The notes: generated by a model not told the origin, from the sequence alone. 64,000 bases of DNA from an uncultured delta proteobacterium (GCA_963761335.1 CAVXGR010000018.1:864001-928000); one strand, 5' to 3'. Shown: positions 46,332 through 56,928, counted from the stretch's first letter. A program made the numbers and translations.

Positions 46332-48278
46332 TCAATCGGCGGCGGCATAGAGAAGACGCCGCAAATCGAGAGCGATGTTGTGGCCGTCCAGATGCAGGTG
46401 CCGCGGGTTATAGGCGGGGTGTCGGATCGACAGGGCGATCTCGGTGGGGGGCACGTCCACCGGCGTCGAGAAGGCGGCCACGCCGGCGTCGTTGGTGGTG
46501 GTGCGCGCCAGCAGCGCGTCGCGCCGGTCGCGAGCCAACACCTCGGCACCGGCGACCGCCGGCCTCTCCCCGCTTTCGTCGGCGTCGTTGTCGCAGACGA
46601 CGACGCGGGCGCTGCGGCCGTCGGCGGCAGCTTCCACGGTGACCTCGAGGTCGCGCAGCCAGATCATCGGCTCGTGGGTCACTGCCTTGATTCCGATTCT
46701 CTCCGGATGGCGCGCCGGGTTGGCGCGCAGGGAGACGTCCTGGGCAGCCATGCCGTGGTCGCTGGTGATCACGAAGAGCGTGCTGTCGAGGAGGTTCTTC
46801 TCCTCCAGGAGATCCAGGATCCGGCCGACGCGCCGATCGGTTTCGGCAACCGCCTGGCGCAGCCCCTCGTGGTGCGGCCCGTAGTGGTGCCCGGCGCCGT
46901 CGGTGAGAGCGAGCTCGTGGGCGACGAACGCCGGCACCGGATGGGTGGAATCGTCGAAGAGCACCTGGACCTGCGCCAGGCCGCGAGCGTCGAGCAGGGC
47001 CTCGCGGTGCACGGCGACGTCGCCTTCCCGCTTCCAGCGCGGGTCGACGTCGGCGAGCGCTTCGGCGGTGAGTGCCTTGAGGCGATCCCGTGCACCGATG
47101 GTGCGTCCTTCGAGCGGCGCGTGGTCGGCGCCCCGGCCCTGCGGCTCGTGGATCGAGGCGGTGAAGGCGCCCCCGCCGAAGCTGCCGTCGGCGTGGCGGC
47201 CGGGGTCGAGGGCGCGGTGGAAGGCCTCGTAGAGCGTCTCCACCTCCGATCCGAGATAGCCCTCGGTCTGCATTCCCTGGCCCTGGGGCGAGACGCTCTC
47301 GCGCCGGCTTCGCAGATAGTAGGTGGGATTGACGATGTCATGGTGCCCGCACCAGGCTCCGGTGAGGATCGTCGCGTGACTCGGCCAGGTGATGGAGGGG
47401 AAGGTGACGATTGAGCCGGCGACGAAGCGAGCGGCGCGGTCGAGGATGCGCCGCAGATTCCGCACGCGCTCGTCGCGGCGCTCGAGAAGGAGTGACAGCT
47501 CGCTGTTGCTGAGACCGTCGGTCACGATCAGGTAGACGCGCTCGGGACGCGATCCGTCATCGGCGAGGATCTCGTCCAGCACGCGGCCGTCCTGGCGCTC
47601 GAGATAGACGTCGGGCGCGCCGCCGCGCTCGCTGCTGCGGCGGCCGGAGGCATCCTTGCCGTCGATCTGCGGAAAGCCCATCAGGTGGCAGATGGTGGGG
47701 GCGATGTCGACGTGGCGCGCCGCCTGCCGGTACTCTCCTGGGCGCACCCCGGGACCCGCAAACGCCAGCGGCGCCCGCGACTGCACCACGTCGAGCCCGC
47801 CGTGCTGGCCGGCTTGCAGCCCGAAGCTGTACGGCTTGGGCGAGATCACCAGATCGGGCGCGTTCGGGCTGTCGAAGAGCTGCGCGATGCGTTCGCAGGC
47901 GAACGGATAGCTGACCTCGGCGGGCTCGATGAAGGCGAGGTTCGGATCCTCGGTGGGATGGCCCGAACGGGCCGCCGCCTCGAGCTCCTGCCGCCAGCTG
48001 GAGATGCGCTCGTGGTCCTGGCGGGCGATTGGGTCCTCGCCGATCTGCTCGACCACCTCGAAGCGAAGACGGCCGTCGTCCGCCGCCAGACGCCGAAAGC
48101 GGATCATGCCGCGCCGCGCCCAGACCTCGTAGATTCCGTCCCGCTGGGTGATCACCAGATCGACGTGGTCTCTGACCTCCGCGTCGGTGAGCAGCGCCAG
48201 GATGGCGCGGTTCCCCGATTCCTCCTGGTTCTGATCCAGGCCCTGTCCGCCGGGTCGCTCCGGTCCGAGTGCTCGCAT
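46332..48278 (-). CDS. Alkaline phosphatase/NPP superfamily protein (apparently circularly permuted)
   Basis: VTDG, FPSITWPSH, DGAGH, SDHG, plus GQHGG and VDIAPT. Confidence 0.8.
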   Translation of the reverse strand: MRALGPERPGGQGLDQNQEESGNRAILALLTDAEVRDHVDLVITQRDGIYEVWARRGMIRFRRLAADDGRLRFEVVEQIGEDPIARQDHERISSWRQELEAAARSGHPTEDPNLAFIEPAEVSYPFACERIAQLFDSPNAPDLVISPKPYSFGLQAGQHGGLDVVQSRAPLAFAGPGVRPGEYRQAARHVDIAPTICHLMGFPQIDGKDASGRRSSERGGAPDVYLERQDGRVLDEILADDGSRPERVYLIVTDGLSNSELSLLLERRDERVRNLRRILDRAARFVAGSIVTFPSITWPSHATILTGAWCGHHDIVNPTYYLRSRRESVSPQGQGMQTEGYLGSEVETLYEAFHRALDPGRHADGSFGGGAFTASIHEPQGRGADHAPLEGRTIGARDRLKALTAEALADVDPRWKREGDVAVHREALLDARGLAQVQVLFDDSTHPVPAFVAHELALTDGAGHHYGPHHEGLRQAVAETDRRVGRILDLLEEKNLLDSTLFVITSDHGMAAQDVSLRANPARHPERIGIKAVTHEPMIWLRDLEVTVEAAADGRSARVVVCDNDADESGERPAVAGAEVLARDRRDALLARTTTNDAGVAAFSTPVDVPPTEIALSIRHPAYNPRHLHLDGHNIALDLRRLLYAAAD

Positions 48279-48469
48279 GCTGGCGTCTCCTGCAGGCGCC
48301 TTAGTAGCCCGGGGCGGGTGGCGGTGAAAGGGCAGGGGGGCGGAGCCGCCGGGCTGTCTTCTGTCCCCGTGGCGGGGTATGTAAACCTTCGGTGAAATCA
48401 CCTGCGGGCACCGGCGTGTGCCAGCGGTGATAGGCGAGAACTCGCGTCAAACGCGTCAGCGGAGGCATC

Positions 48470-48841
48470 GTGGGAGCAAAGATCCTGGTAGTCGAGGACG
48501 AGCCCGACATCATGCGTATCATTACGCACACACTCCAAGCCGCCGGCTACCAGATCGTTCCCGCGTATGGCGGGGAGGACGCGATCCGCAAGGTCGGTTT
48601 GCAGAAGCCCGACTTGGTGCTCACCGATCTTTCCATGCCTCGGGTGAGCGGCGTCGCCGTGATCCAGGCGATCAAGGGGGACCCCGCGACCAGCGCCATT
48701 CCGGTGGTCGCCGTCACCGCCCATGTCTGGGGCGCCATCGCCCAGGCGGCGGGCGACGCCGGTTGTGACGGCTACATCGCCAAGCCGTTCTCGGCCAAGC
48801 AACTGCTTCTCGAAGTCCAGAAGTACCTCGCCCCGCGATAG
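48470..48841 (+). CDS. Single-domain response regulator (DivK-like)
   Basis: ILVVEDE, LTDLSMP, VTAH, AGCDGYIAKP. Confidence 0.9.
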   Translation: MGAKILVVEDEPDIMRIITHTLQAAGYQIVPAYGGEDAIRKVGLQKPDLVLTDLSMPRVSGVAVIQAIKGDPATSAIPVVAVTAHVWGAIAQAAGDAGCDGYIAKPFSAKQLLLEVQKYLAPR

Positions 48842-48930
48842 ACCGTGGCGTGCCGCGTTTATGCTGTCGAGCTCCGCAGGGCGTCGGTGGTGCGGATCGA
48901 CGGTGGCGGCGCGCTGAGCGCTCGCCGCGA

Positions 48931-49707
48931 TCAGCGGCCGCGCCACTGAGGCCGGCGCTTCTCGAGAAAGGCCCGCATACCCTCCTGAGCGTCCTCGGCG
49001 AGCGCGTTCATGCTCATGACTTCCTTGGCGTAGGTGTACGCCCTGGCCTGGTCGAGGTCGATCTGCGCATAGAAGGCCTGCTTGCCGAGGGCAATGGTGA
49101 ACGGGCTGGCCTCGGCGATTGCCGTCGCCAGCTCGAGCGTCGTCTTCTGCAGCTGTGGCGCCGGAACCACGCGGTTGACCAATCCCCACTCCGCCGCCGT
49201 GCGCGCGTCGATCGGCGTGCCCGTCAGCAGCATCTCCAGGGCGCGCTTGCGCCCGATGGCACGGGTGAGCGCCACCATCGGCGTGGTGCAGAAAAGACCG
49301 ATGCGCACGCCCGGCGTGGCGAAGCGCGCCTCCTCGCTGGCAACGGCCAGATCGCAGCTGGCGACCAGCTGGCAGCCGGCCGCGGTGGCGATTCCCGCCA
49401 CCTGAGCGATCACCGGCTGCGGCAGGCGCTGGATCGCCGTCATCACCTCGCTGCACTCGTCGAAGATCTGGCGATAGTCGACCAGGCCGCGGTCGATCAT
49501 CTCGCCGAGATCGTGTCCGGCGGAGAAGGCGGAGCCGGAACCGGCGAGGATCACGGCGCGCACCTCGGGGTCGGCGCCGAGCTCCTGAATGCAGCCGCGG
49601 AGCTCGCGCATCAGCTCCAGCGACAGGGCATTGCGTCTCTCGGGGCGGTTCAGCGTCACCGTGCAGATGGCGCCGTGTCTCTCCGCGGTCAGCTGCGTGT
49701 AGCTCAT
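48931..49707 (-). CDS. Enoyl-CoA hydratase/crotonase family protein
   Basis: LNRPERRNAL, FSAGHDL, ATAAGCQLVASCDL, FLEKR. Confidence 0.9.
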   Translation of the reverse strand: MSYTQLTAERHGAICTVTLNRPERRNALSLELMRELRGCIQELGADPEVRAVILAGSGSAFSAGHDLGEMIDRGLVDYRQIFDECSEVMTAIQRLPQPVIAQVAGIATAAGCQLVASCDLAVASEEARFATPGVRIGLFCTTPMVALTRAIGRKRALEMLLTGTPIDARTAAEWGLVNRVVPAPQLQKTTLELATAIAEASPFTIALGKQAFYAQIDLDQARAYTYAKEVMSMNALAEDAQEGMRAFLEKRRPQWRGR

Positions 49708-49745
49708 GAAATTGACTCCTCGCGAGGGTAGCGTCCCTCCTGCTT

Positions 49746-50075
49746 CTACACCCGGCAGGCCTCCACCTCGACCGCCTCCCCGTGGCTCGTCCCTTCGGCG
49801 ACCACCACGGCGCCGCCCGCCAAGGTGGCCGAGCCGCGCAGCTGCAGCACGAAGCGCGAGCCGGCGGCCCCGTGGATCTCGTGCACGGCCTCGAGCTGAC
49901 CGGCGCCGAGCGGCCCGACGAGGAGCCAATGGGTTCCGTGCACCTTTCCGGAGATGGGCGAGTCCGCGGCGGTGTTGCCGCGGAACTCGATCTTCAACCG
50001 CTCGCCGTCGGGCACCCGGCCGAGCTTCTCGATGGGGCCAGTCACCTGAAATCGATAGAGCGAGGAGAGCTGCAT
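49746..50075 (-). CDS. Hypothetical beta-rich protein
   Basis: GGAG SD; sits in a same-strand gene run; no recognised motif. Confidence 0.55.
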   Translation of the reverse strand: MQLSSLYRFQVTGPIEKLGRVPDGERLKIEFRGNTAADSPISGKVHGTHWLLVGPLGAGQLEAVHEIHGAAGSRFVLQLRGSATLAGGAVVVAEGTSHGEAVEVEACRV

Positions 50076-50099
50076 GACGGACTCCCGGAGACGCGCCAA

Positions 50100-50477
50100 T
50101 CAGAACGATCGGGCCTGCATGTACTCGATGCGCCCCGAATCGGCGACGAAGAGGTTCAGCAGAAAGCTGATGATGCTGAGGATGAGTGCGCCGATGATCG
50201 CCGCCCACAGGCCGTGGACCTCGAAGCCGCGCACGCCAGCCGCCGCCAGCTGCAGCATGATGCCGTTGATGACGAAGGTGAGCAGGCCCAGGGTGAGGAT
50301 GTTCAGGGGCAGTGTGAGAAGCAGGACGATGGGCCGCAGAAAGGCGTTGAGAATGCCGAGCACCAGCGCTGCGATGAGCAGGGCGCCCAGGCCCCGCACC
50401 TCGATTCCCTTGACGATGGTGCTGGTCAGCCACAGGGCGGCGGCGTTCAGGAACCAGCGGATCAGTAGACCTCTCAT
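50100..50477 (-). CDS. 4-TM phage-holin superfamily IV / YvlD-like membrane protein
   Basis: LGILNAFLRP, LTLPLNILTLGL. Confidence 0.85.
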   Translation of the reverse strand: MRGLLIRWFLNAAALWLTSTIVKGIEVRGLGALLIAALVLGILNAFLRPIVLLLTLPLNILTLGLLTFVINGIMLQLAAAGVRGFEVHGLWAAIIGALILSIISFLLNLFVADSGRIEYMQARSF

Positions 50478-50644
50478 GATCTTCCGTGCCTCCAGGCGGG
50501 CGGCCGAGGCCACCCCGAATTCTTCTGATATCCGCTTTGCCGCGGCGGCTCAAACGACCTCGGCTCGGTCGGAGCGTCACTCGCTCCGACCCGGTAGCCG
50601 CGTTCGAATTGTCGCGGTGCGGCCATGGCGCTATGGTACCGCGG

Positions 50645-51064
50645 ATGCGTCCCTCCCGACTCGCTCTGGTGGCTGTCGCCGCGCTTCTGCTGGGAGGGTG
50701 TCTCGGGCGCGGCTACGGGGACGTCCTCGAGGTCCATCTCGAGGTCTTGCTGGCGATGAGCGACAAGCTCTGCTCCATGGCCCAGGCCGGAGACGCTCCA
50801 CCGACCGAGGAGATGCCGGAGTTCGTTTATCCGTCGAGGCGAGCCCACCAGTTCGGGCGTTACTTCGCCACTGATTCCAAGCGGTCGTCGTATCCCCTGC
50901 TGCAGCAGCTTCTCGATCAATACGACGACATGGTGCGGGTTGCCGACGAGGCCCGGCAGAGAGCCGGCGATTGGCGCGCCAGCGCCGGCGCCGTTTGCGC
51001 CGACCGCGACCGCATCCGCGGTCTTGCGGAGCAGATCCGCGGGTCGCTGCGCCACGGGGATTGA
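50645..51064 (+). CDS. Hypothetical lipoprotein
   Basis: Lipobox LLLGGC after a hydrophobic stretch. Confidence 0.65.
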   Translation: MRPSRLALVAVAALLLGGCLGRGYGDVLEVHLEVLLAMSDKLCSMAQAGDAPPTEEMPEFVYPSRRAHQFGRYFATDSKRSSYPLLQQLLDQYDDMVRVADEARQRAGDWRASAGAVCADRDRIRGLAEQIRGSLRHGD

Positions 51065-51085
51065 AGGCGGGGGGGGGCGGCGCGC

Positions 51086-51622
51086 ATGCGCCATTCCGGC
51101 GATCTTCTGACCGCCGCCCGACTGCTGGCCACGCCAGTCTTCGCGTGGCTCTTCTGGCGCGCCTTCGATGCTCCCGCGGCGCGACTGCCGCTGGGGCTGC
51201 TCTTCGCCGGTGTCTGCGCCTCGGACTATTTCGACGGCGTCCTGGCACGCCGCGCCGGCCGCGCGAGCCCGCGCGGCCGCACCTTCGACAGCTTCACCGA
51301 CATCGCCTTCCTGCTCGCCGCCCTGTCGACCGCGGTTGCGGTCGACGGGGTTCCGTGGTGGGTCCCCGCGGCCGTCGCCGTGTCGTTCTCCTTCTATGTC
51401 GTCGACTCGTGGTTCCTGCGGCCGTCGCCGGCGGCGCCGGGCCTGGTGGCGAGTCGCGTCGGCCACTGGGGAGGCATCGGCAACTACGTGCTGGTCGGGG
51501 TGCTGACCTTCAACGATGCCTGCGCTCTTCACGTGCTGCCGCGACACCTGCTCTGGACGCTGTTCATCCTCGTGCCGCTCTACTCCGCGGCGGCCATTGT
51601 GACACGCCTCGACGGGCGGTGA
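51086..51622 (+). CDS. CDP-alcohol phosphatidyltransferase
   Basis: DYFDGVLARR...GRTFDSFTD signature. Confidence 0.85.
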   Translation: MRHSGDLLTAARLLATPVFAWLFWRAFDAPAARLPLGLLFAGVCASDYFDGVLARRAGRASPRGRTFDSFTDIAFLLAALSTAVAVDGVPWWVPAAVAVSFSFYVVDSWFLRPSPAAPGLVASRVGHWGGIGNYVLVGVLTFNDACALHVLPRHLLWTLFILVPLYSAAAIVTRLDGR

Positions 51623-51738
51623 GCTTGCGGTCGGGACGGACCGACGGCGCTCTTCCTGCGCCAGTCATCTCCGGCCGCGGGGTTCTCATTCCCTACGGCT
51701 CCGATCTCCCCGGCGACTGCGGCTTCAACAACTGAGGC

Positions 51739-52941
51739 TCAGCCGGCGCGCCGCTCCTTCCCATCGGGCTCGGACGGCTGCGCCTTCGCTTCCTGCTCCG
51801 CGGCGTGTCGCGAAATCTGCGTCATGATCGCCTGGACCGCGGAGCCGATGAACTGCGGCCGGTTCTCGGCGGCCCAGTCGCGCGAGCGAACCGTTCCCTC
51901 GAGCGCTCCCTGGAACTGGGGCATTACGTAGCGGGCGAAGAGCTCGTAGCTCTTGCGCGTCGCTTCGCGGTCGGCCCACTCGTGCGCCATCTGCAGAAAG
52001 CCCCCAAAGCCGCCGGATTGCTCTCGCAGGCGCTCGAGCTGGGCGACGGCGTCCTCGACCGAGCCGATGACGGCGAGACCGGTCTGGTTCATGGCGTCGA
52101 CGGCGTCGTCGATCGGCCCCTCCGGCGCCAGCGGCAGTGCCGCCACCTCGCGGAAGTAGTCGAGCCAGGCGCCGAGGCCGAAGCGGACGTTCTCGCGCGC
52201 CTTCTGCCTGGTCTCGGCGATGTGCATCGGCCCCACCAGTCGCCAGCGGTTGCGGTCGACCGTCTTGCCGTGCTCCTTGGCCTTGTCCTCGCAGATGGTC
52301 CAGTTCTGCGCCAGGGCGTTGAAGCCGCCGGTAGTGGTGGCGCCGATGGACAGCAGGCTGAGGCCGTGCTTGCCGGCGGCGCGCGCTCCTGCGGGGGAGA
52401 CCTGCGAGGCGACGGCGATCTCGATGTGCGGCTTGGTGTAGGGCCGCAGCTGCAGGCGTGCGTCGCGGAGCTTGAACCACTCGGTCTCCATGCTCACCGT
52501 CTCGCCGCGCAGCAGAGGAACCAGGGCCGCCAGGGCCTCGTCCATCATATCGCGCTGGCGCATGGGATCGATCCCCATCATGAAGGCATCCGAGGGCAGG
52601 GCTCCGGGCCCGACGCCGAACATGACCCGGCCGCGTGTCTGGTGGTCGAGCTGCATGATCCGGTCGGCCAGCATCAGCGGGTGGTGGTAGGGCAGGGAGC
52701 AGACGCCGGTGCCGAGGCGGATGTGGCGCGTGCGCGCCGCAGCGGCGGCGAGGAATATCTCGGGGCAGGCGATGATCTCGTAGCCGGCCGAGTGATGCTC
52801 GCCGATCCAGGCCTCGTCGTAGCCCAGCTGATCGAGCCACTCGATCAGCTCGAAATCCCGCTGAAGCGAAAGCGTGGGATTCTCGGTGACCGGATGGAAC
52901 GGCGCGAGAAAGATACCGAAATCGAGGCGGTTTACGGACAT
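51739..52941 (-). CDS. LLM-class flavin-dependent monooxygenase (limonene monooxygenase LimB-like)
   Basis: FGIFLAPFH, EAWIGEHHSAG, GPGALPSDA. Confidence 0.85.
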   Translation of the reverse strand: MSVNRLDFGIFLAPFHPVTENPTLSLQRDFELIEWLDQLGYDEAWIGEHHSAGYEIIACPEIFLAAAAARTRHIRLGTGVCSLPYHHPLMLADRIMQLDHQTRGRVMFGVGPGALPSDAFMMGIDPMRQRDMMDEALAALVPLLRGETVSMETEWFKLRDARLQLRPYTKPHIEIAVASQVSPAGARAAGKHGLSLLSIGATTTGGFNALAQNWTICEDKAKEHGKTVDRNRWRLVGPMHIAETRQKARENVRFGLGAWLDYFREVAALPLAPEGPIDDAVDAMNQTGLAVIGSVEDAVAQLERLREQSGGFGGFLQMAHEWADREATRKSYELFARYVMPQFQGALEGTVRSRDWAAENRPQFIGSAVQAIMTQISRHAAEQEAKAQPSEPDGKERRAG

Positions 52942-53082
52942 GACGAGGATTCCCTCCCGGCCACTGGCGCCGGCGGACGGTTGCCGCGGAACGGTGGCGA
53001 TTTCCTCTCGTTCTATGGGCGGGGAGGGCCTAAGGCAAGTGCGCCGCCCGGCACCTTTGCAGGCCGCGGCGCGTCCTCGGCG

Positions 53083-56000
53083 TCACTCGCTGGTGGACCG
53101 GCAGGGGATCCAGACGCGGAAGACCGAGCCGCGGCCGGGCTCGCTGGTGACCGCGACGGAGCCGCCGAGAAGGTGCGTCAGCCGCTGAACGATGTAGAGG
53201 CCGAGCCCGACGCCGCCGTGGCGGCGGGTGGTGGAGCTGTCGCCCTGGCGGAAGGGCTCGAAGATGATCGACAAGGCCTCGGGGGAAATACCGATGCCGG
53301 TATCGGAGACCTCGATCTGCACGCCGCCGTCACGCAGCTCCACAGTGGCGCGCACCTCGCCGCGTTCGGTGAACTTGACGGCATTGCTGATGAGGTTGAT
53401 GAGAATCACCTTCAGCTTGGCGGGGTCGGTGTGCACCACGGGCTCCGGGGTGGCCAGGCACTGGCGAATCTGGACGTCGGGCTTGTCGTTGGCGGCGGCG
53501 ACCTCGGAGATCACTTCGGCGAGTAGGGGCTCCAGGGCGACCGGTCGCACCTCCACCGCCACCCGGCCGTTCTCGAGGCGGCTGAGGTCGAGGGTCGAGT
53601 TGATCAGCGTGAGGAGATGTCTGGCGCTGCGACTCTGGCGCTCCAGCGTCTCCCGTTGCTCGGAGCGGAGGCCGCCGAAGGCGCCGTCGAGCAGCAAGTC
53701 GCCGTAGCCGATGATGGCGTTGAGTGGCGTGCGCAGCTCGTGCGACATGGTGGCGACGAACTCGGATTTCAGGCGGCTGGCGCCCTCCAGTTGCTCGACC
53801 AGATGCACGTTGGCGAGGGCCAGGGAGGTGAGCTGGCCGATGCCGCGGGCGATGCGGATCTGCGAGCCGGTGAAAGATGCGGTGCGGCCGCGGTATGCGG
53901 CCGACTGCACACCGATCAGCTCGCCGCCGCGCCAGAGTGCCACGTAGAGAGCCACGCCGATGTCGTACTTGCGCAGCAGTGCCGCCGGGAGCAGGTCGAG
54001 GTCGTCGTCGACGACGACCTCGACCACACCTTCCCGCCGCAGCGCCGCAACCAGTCCGGTGACGACCTCGGAGGGAATTCGCAGAACGCGCATGCTCTCC
54101 CATTGCTCTGTGGTGTCGCCGTAGCCGGCCTCGGCGACATAGGCCTGCTGCCCGGCGTCCCAGAGGAACGTGTGGCTGGTGTCGCAGTCGAGATGCTCGG
54201 CGGTCAGCGCGCAGATGCGCTCCAGGAGAACCGGCCGGTCGAGAGAGGAGATGAGCTCGTGTCCGACCTGTGCCAGGGCCGTGGAGACGCGCGCCTCCTC
54301 CTCGCGCAGGTGGTACGACTGGGCGGTGGCGATGGCCAGCGCCGCCTGCCGGGCCACGGTCTCGATGAGCTGCGTCTCGGCGTGACTGAAAGCGCGCCCG
54401 GGCGTCGTGCGAATCGCAAGGATCGCTCCCATGACGGTGCCGCGTACGGCGAGCGGGGCGCCGACGACGGCGGCGATGCCGAAGCGATGAAGCGTCTCCG
54501 GCGGCAGCCAGCGCTGCTCGTCGACGTCATTGATGACCACCGCCTGTCCGTTGCGCATCGCCGTCACCACAGGGGTGTCGGGCGGGAAGGCGAACTCGAT
54601 GCTATCCTGCAGGAGATCCTCCTCGATTCCCCGCTGCGCGGCCAAGCGGAAGACGCCGCGGCGCTCATCCCAGTAGTAGACGGCGAGCCGGTCGCAGGGG
54701 ATCAACGCTGCGGTATGGGCGTGTACGCGCTCGAGGATGTCGGTGGTGTCGAGACTGCCGGCGATCTCGCGCGCCAGTGCCAGCAGTGCCCCCTTCTCTG
54801 TTTCGACCCGTGTCCGCTCGGTGATGTCCTCGATGATCGTCAGCGTTCCCAGCAGCTCCCGGCGATCGAGCAGTGGCACCACCTGGAGACTGAGCTGCGA
54901 TTGCTCTCCCTGCGGCTTGGTATAGGGTTCCTCGGCGCGCTGGATCTCGCGGTTCTCCAAGGCGCGCTGATAGCACTGGCGAATGCCGTCGATTTTCAGG
55001 GACGAGAGCTCGAGCACGTTGAGCTCGGCCGCCTGCTCGGCGGGGATGCCGAGGATGTCGCGGGCCGCGGGATTGGCGTGGGTGATCTGCCCGCCAGCAT
55101 CGGTGGTGAGAATTCCGACCGGTGACTGGCGCACCAGCAGACTATAGCTCGCCTCGCTCTTGCGCAGGGCTTCGTCGGCCCGCTTGCGCTCCAGGGCATT
55201 GGCGACGATGTCTCCGGCCATCTTGAGGAGAGCCAGATCTTCCGGCGACCACTGCCCCTCTTGCGAGGAGCCGAAGCCGAGAAAACCCAGGACCTTGCCT
55301 CCCGACGCGATCGGCACCGCCACCGCGGCGTGAATTCCCAGGGTCTGCAACAGGTCCCTCTCGGCGCGGGCCTCGTCGGGGAGGTGCCCGACGCTGGTGA
55401 GGTGGACTGTCTCCATTCCCTTCACGCGCTCGATCGCCCAGGGCATCACCTCCACCGGGAGGTCGATGAACCTGTCGCGCAGAGAAGAGGTTCCCGGGCT
55501 GCACCACTCGTAGATCACGCTCCAGCGCTCGCCGCCGGCGCGAAACAAGGCGACGTAGCAGCGCTCCGCCTGCGCGAAGCGGCCGACCACGTCCATCGCC
55601 CGCTGGATCCCGGCATCCACTTCGGGCGGCGACAGATTGATGAAGTCGGTGGACAAGCTGGCGATCAGGCGTTCGAAATCGAGGCGGCGGTGGAGTGCTT
55701 CCTCTGCGGCTTTGCGCGCCGTGATGTCGAGGGCCTGGCCAATGCCGTAGAGGGCCTGCCCCTGCGCATCGCGGACTGCGGTGGCGCGCAGCAGCGCCCA
55801 CACCGTGCGCCCGGACTTGTGGATGTATCGCTTCTCGAGCTGATAGGTGTCGCGCTCGTTCGACAGGAGCTGACGCCACTGTTCGAGATCCGCCGCGGTA
55901 TCGTCGGGATGAGTGATCTCGCCGAAGGAGCGTCCGATCAACTCCTCCTCGGGGTACCCCAGCATGTCGCACAGCGCCTGGTTGACCTGCATCAGCCGGC

Positions 56001-56928
56001 CGTCGAGGGCGACCACCGCCATACCGATCGGTGCGTGGCGCAAGGTGTTGGCGAAGCGTTGCTCGCTCTGCCGCAGGTGCTCTTCGCTGCGCTTGCGCTC
56101 GGTGATGTCGGCACCCACGCCGATAACGCCGATGACCGCGCCGTGCGGATCGCGAATCGCGGACACGGTGAGGGAGACGGGAAACGCCGAACCGTCGCGC
56201 CGGGACAACTCGAACTCCCCCTCAACGTCGTCGCCCTGCAGCAGGCGTTGCCAGACCTCCATCCCGTCGTGGTGACGCGCGGACGGCACCAGCAGCCTGC
56301 GGACGTCGTGGCTCGCCAGCTCATCGGCGCGCCAGCCGTACATGGTTTCCGCGGCTCGATTGCAGTACAGAATGTGGCCGCGCAGGTCGATGGCCAGCAC
56401 CGCCTGCGCGACGCTGTCGAGGAGACGGGCCTGAAAGCGGATCTGCGCCTCGGTCTCGCGCAGGGCTTGCTCGCCCAGCCGGGCCGCCCGGCGGCTGGCG
56501 GTATCGCGCAGCTCGCGCTCGACTACCGGCAGAAGGCGCGCCAGGTTGCCCTTGGTGACATAGTCATTGGCCCCGGCCTTGATGGCTTCGACGGCGAACT
56601 CCTCGCCCATTTGCCCCGAGACGACGATCACCGGCACGTCGAGCTGCCGGCCGCGCAACAGGCGCAGCGCTTCCGGTCCGCTGAAGTGCGGCATGACGTA
56701 GTCACAGATGATCGCGTCCCAGCTCTCGCGGTGCAGGGCAGCGGCTAGATCTTCGGCTGTATCTACCCGGAACCACTGAACATCGTAGCCGCCGCGCCGC
56801 AGCTCCAGGACCTGGAGCAGGACGTCGTCCTCGCAGTCCTCCACCATCAGAAGGCGCAGCTGCCTCACCTCCCGGGCAAGGTCGCCCCCGCCGGCCGGCA
56901 CCGAGCCGTCAGGCACACTCATGAGCAT
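53083..56928 (-). CDS. Cytoplasmic multi-sensor histidine kinase (REC-PAS-PAS-GAF-PAS-GAF-GAF-HisKA-HATPase)
   Basis: N-terminal VEDCEDD/CDYVMP receiver; PAS ends DITERK; MSHELRTPLN; NAVKFT; DTGIG; GVGLGL. Confidence 0.9.
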   Translation of the reverse strand: MLMSVPDGSVPAGGGDLAREVRQLRLLMVEDCEDDVLLQVLELRRGGYDVQWFRVDTAEDLAAALHRESWDAIICDYVMPHFSGPEALRLLRGRQLDVPVIVVSGQMGEEFAVEAIKAGANDYVTKGNLARLLPVVERELRDTASRRAARLGEQALRETEAQIRFQARLLDSVAQAVLAIDLRGHILYCNRAAETMYGWRADELASHDVRRLLVPSARHHDGMEVWQRLLQGDDVEGEFELSRRDGSAFPVSLTVSAIRDPHGAVIGVIGVGADITERKRSEEHLRQSEQRFANTLRHAPIGMAVVALDGRLMQVNQALCDMLGYPEEELIGRSFGEITHPDDTAADLEQWRQLLSNERDTYQLEKRYIHKSGRTVWALLRATAVRDAQGQALYGIGQALDITARKAAEEALHRRLDFERLIASLSTDFINLSPPEVDAGIQRAMDVVGRFAQAERCYVALFRAGGERWSVIYEWCSPGTSSLRDRFIDLPVEVMPWAIERVKGMETVHLTSVGHLPDEARAERDLLQTLGIHAAVAVPIASGGKVLGFLGFGSSQEGQWSPEDLALLKMAGDIVANALERKRADEALRKSEASYSLLVRQSPVGILTTDAGGQITHANPAARDILGIPAEQAAELNVLELSSLKIDGIRQCYQRALENREIQRAEEPYTKPQGEQSQLSLQVVPLLDRRELLGTLTIIEDITERTRVETEKGALLALAREIAGSLDTTDILERVHAHTAALIPCDRLAVYYWDERRGVFRLAAQRGIEEDLLQDSIEFAFPPDTPVVTAMRNGQAVVINDVDEQRWLPPETLHRFGIAAVVGAPLAVRGTVMGAILAIRTTPGRAFSHAETQLIETVARQAALAIATAQSYHLREEEARVSTALAQVGHELISSLDRPVLLERICALTAEHLDCDTSHTFLWDAGQQAYVAEAGYGDTTEQWESMRVLRIPSEVVTGLVAALRREGVVEVVVDDDLDLLPAALLRKYDIGVALYVALWRGGELIGVQSAAYRGRTASFTGSQIRIARGIGQLTSLALANVHLVEQLEGASRLKSEFVATMSHELRTPLNAIIGYGDLLLDGAFGGLRSEQRETLERQSRSARHLLTLINSTLDLSRLENGRVAVEVRPVALEPLLAEVISEVAAANDKPDVQIRQCLATPEPVVHTDPAKLKVILINLISNAVKFTERGEVRATVELRDGGVQIEVSDTGIGISPEALSIIFEPFRQGDSSTTRRHGGVGLGLYIVQRLTHLLGGSVAVTSEPGRGSVFRVWIPCRSTSE

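Noticed and set aside
50100..50477. Holin-family gene as evidence of a prophage
   Set aside because: YvlD-type proteins are common chromosomal genes; no endolysin, integrase or structural genes nearby.
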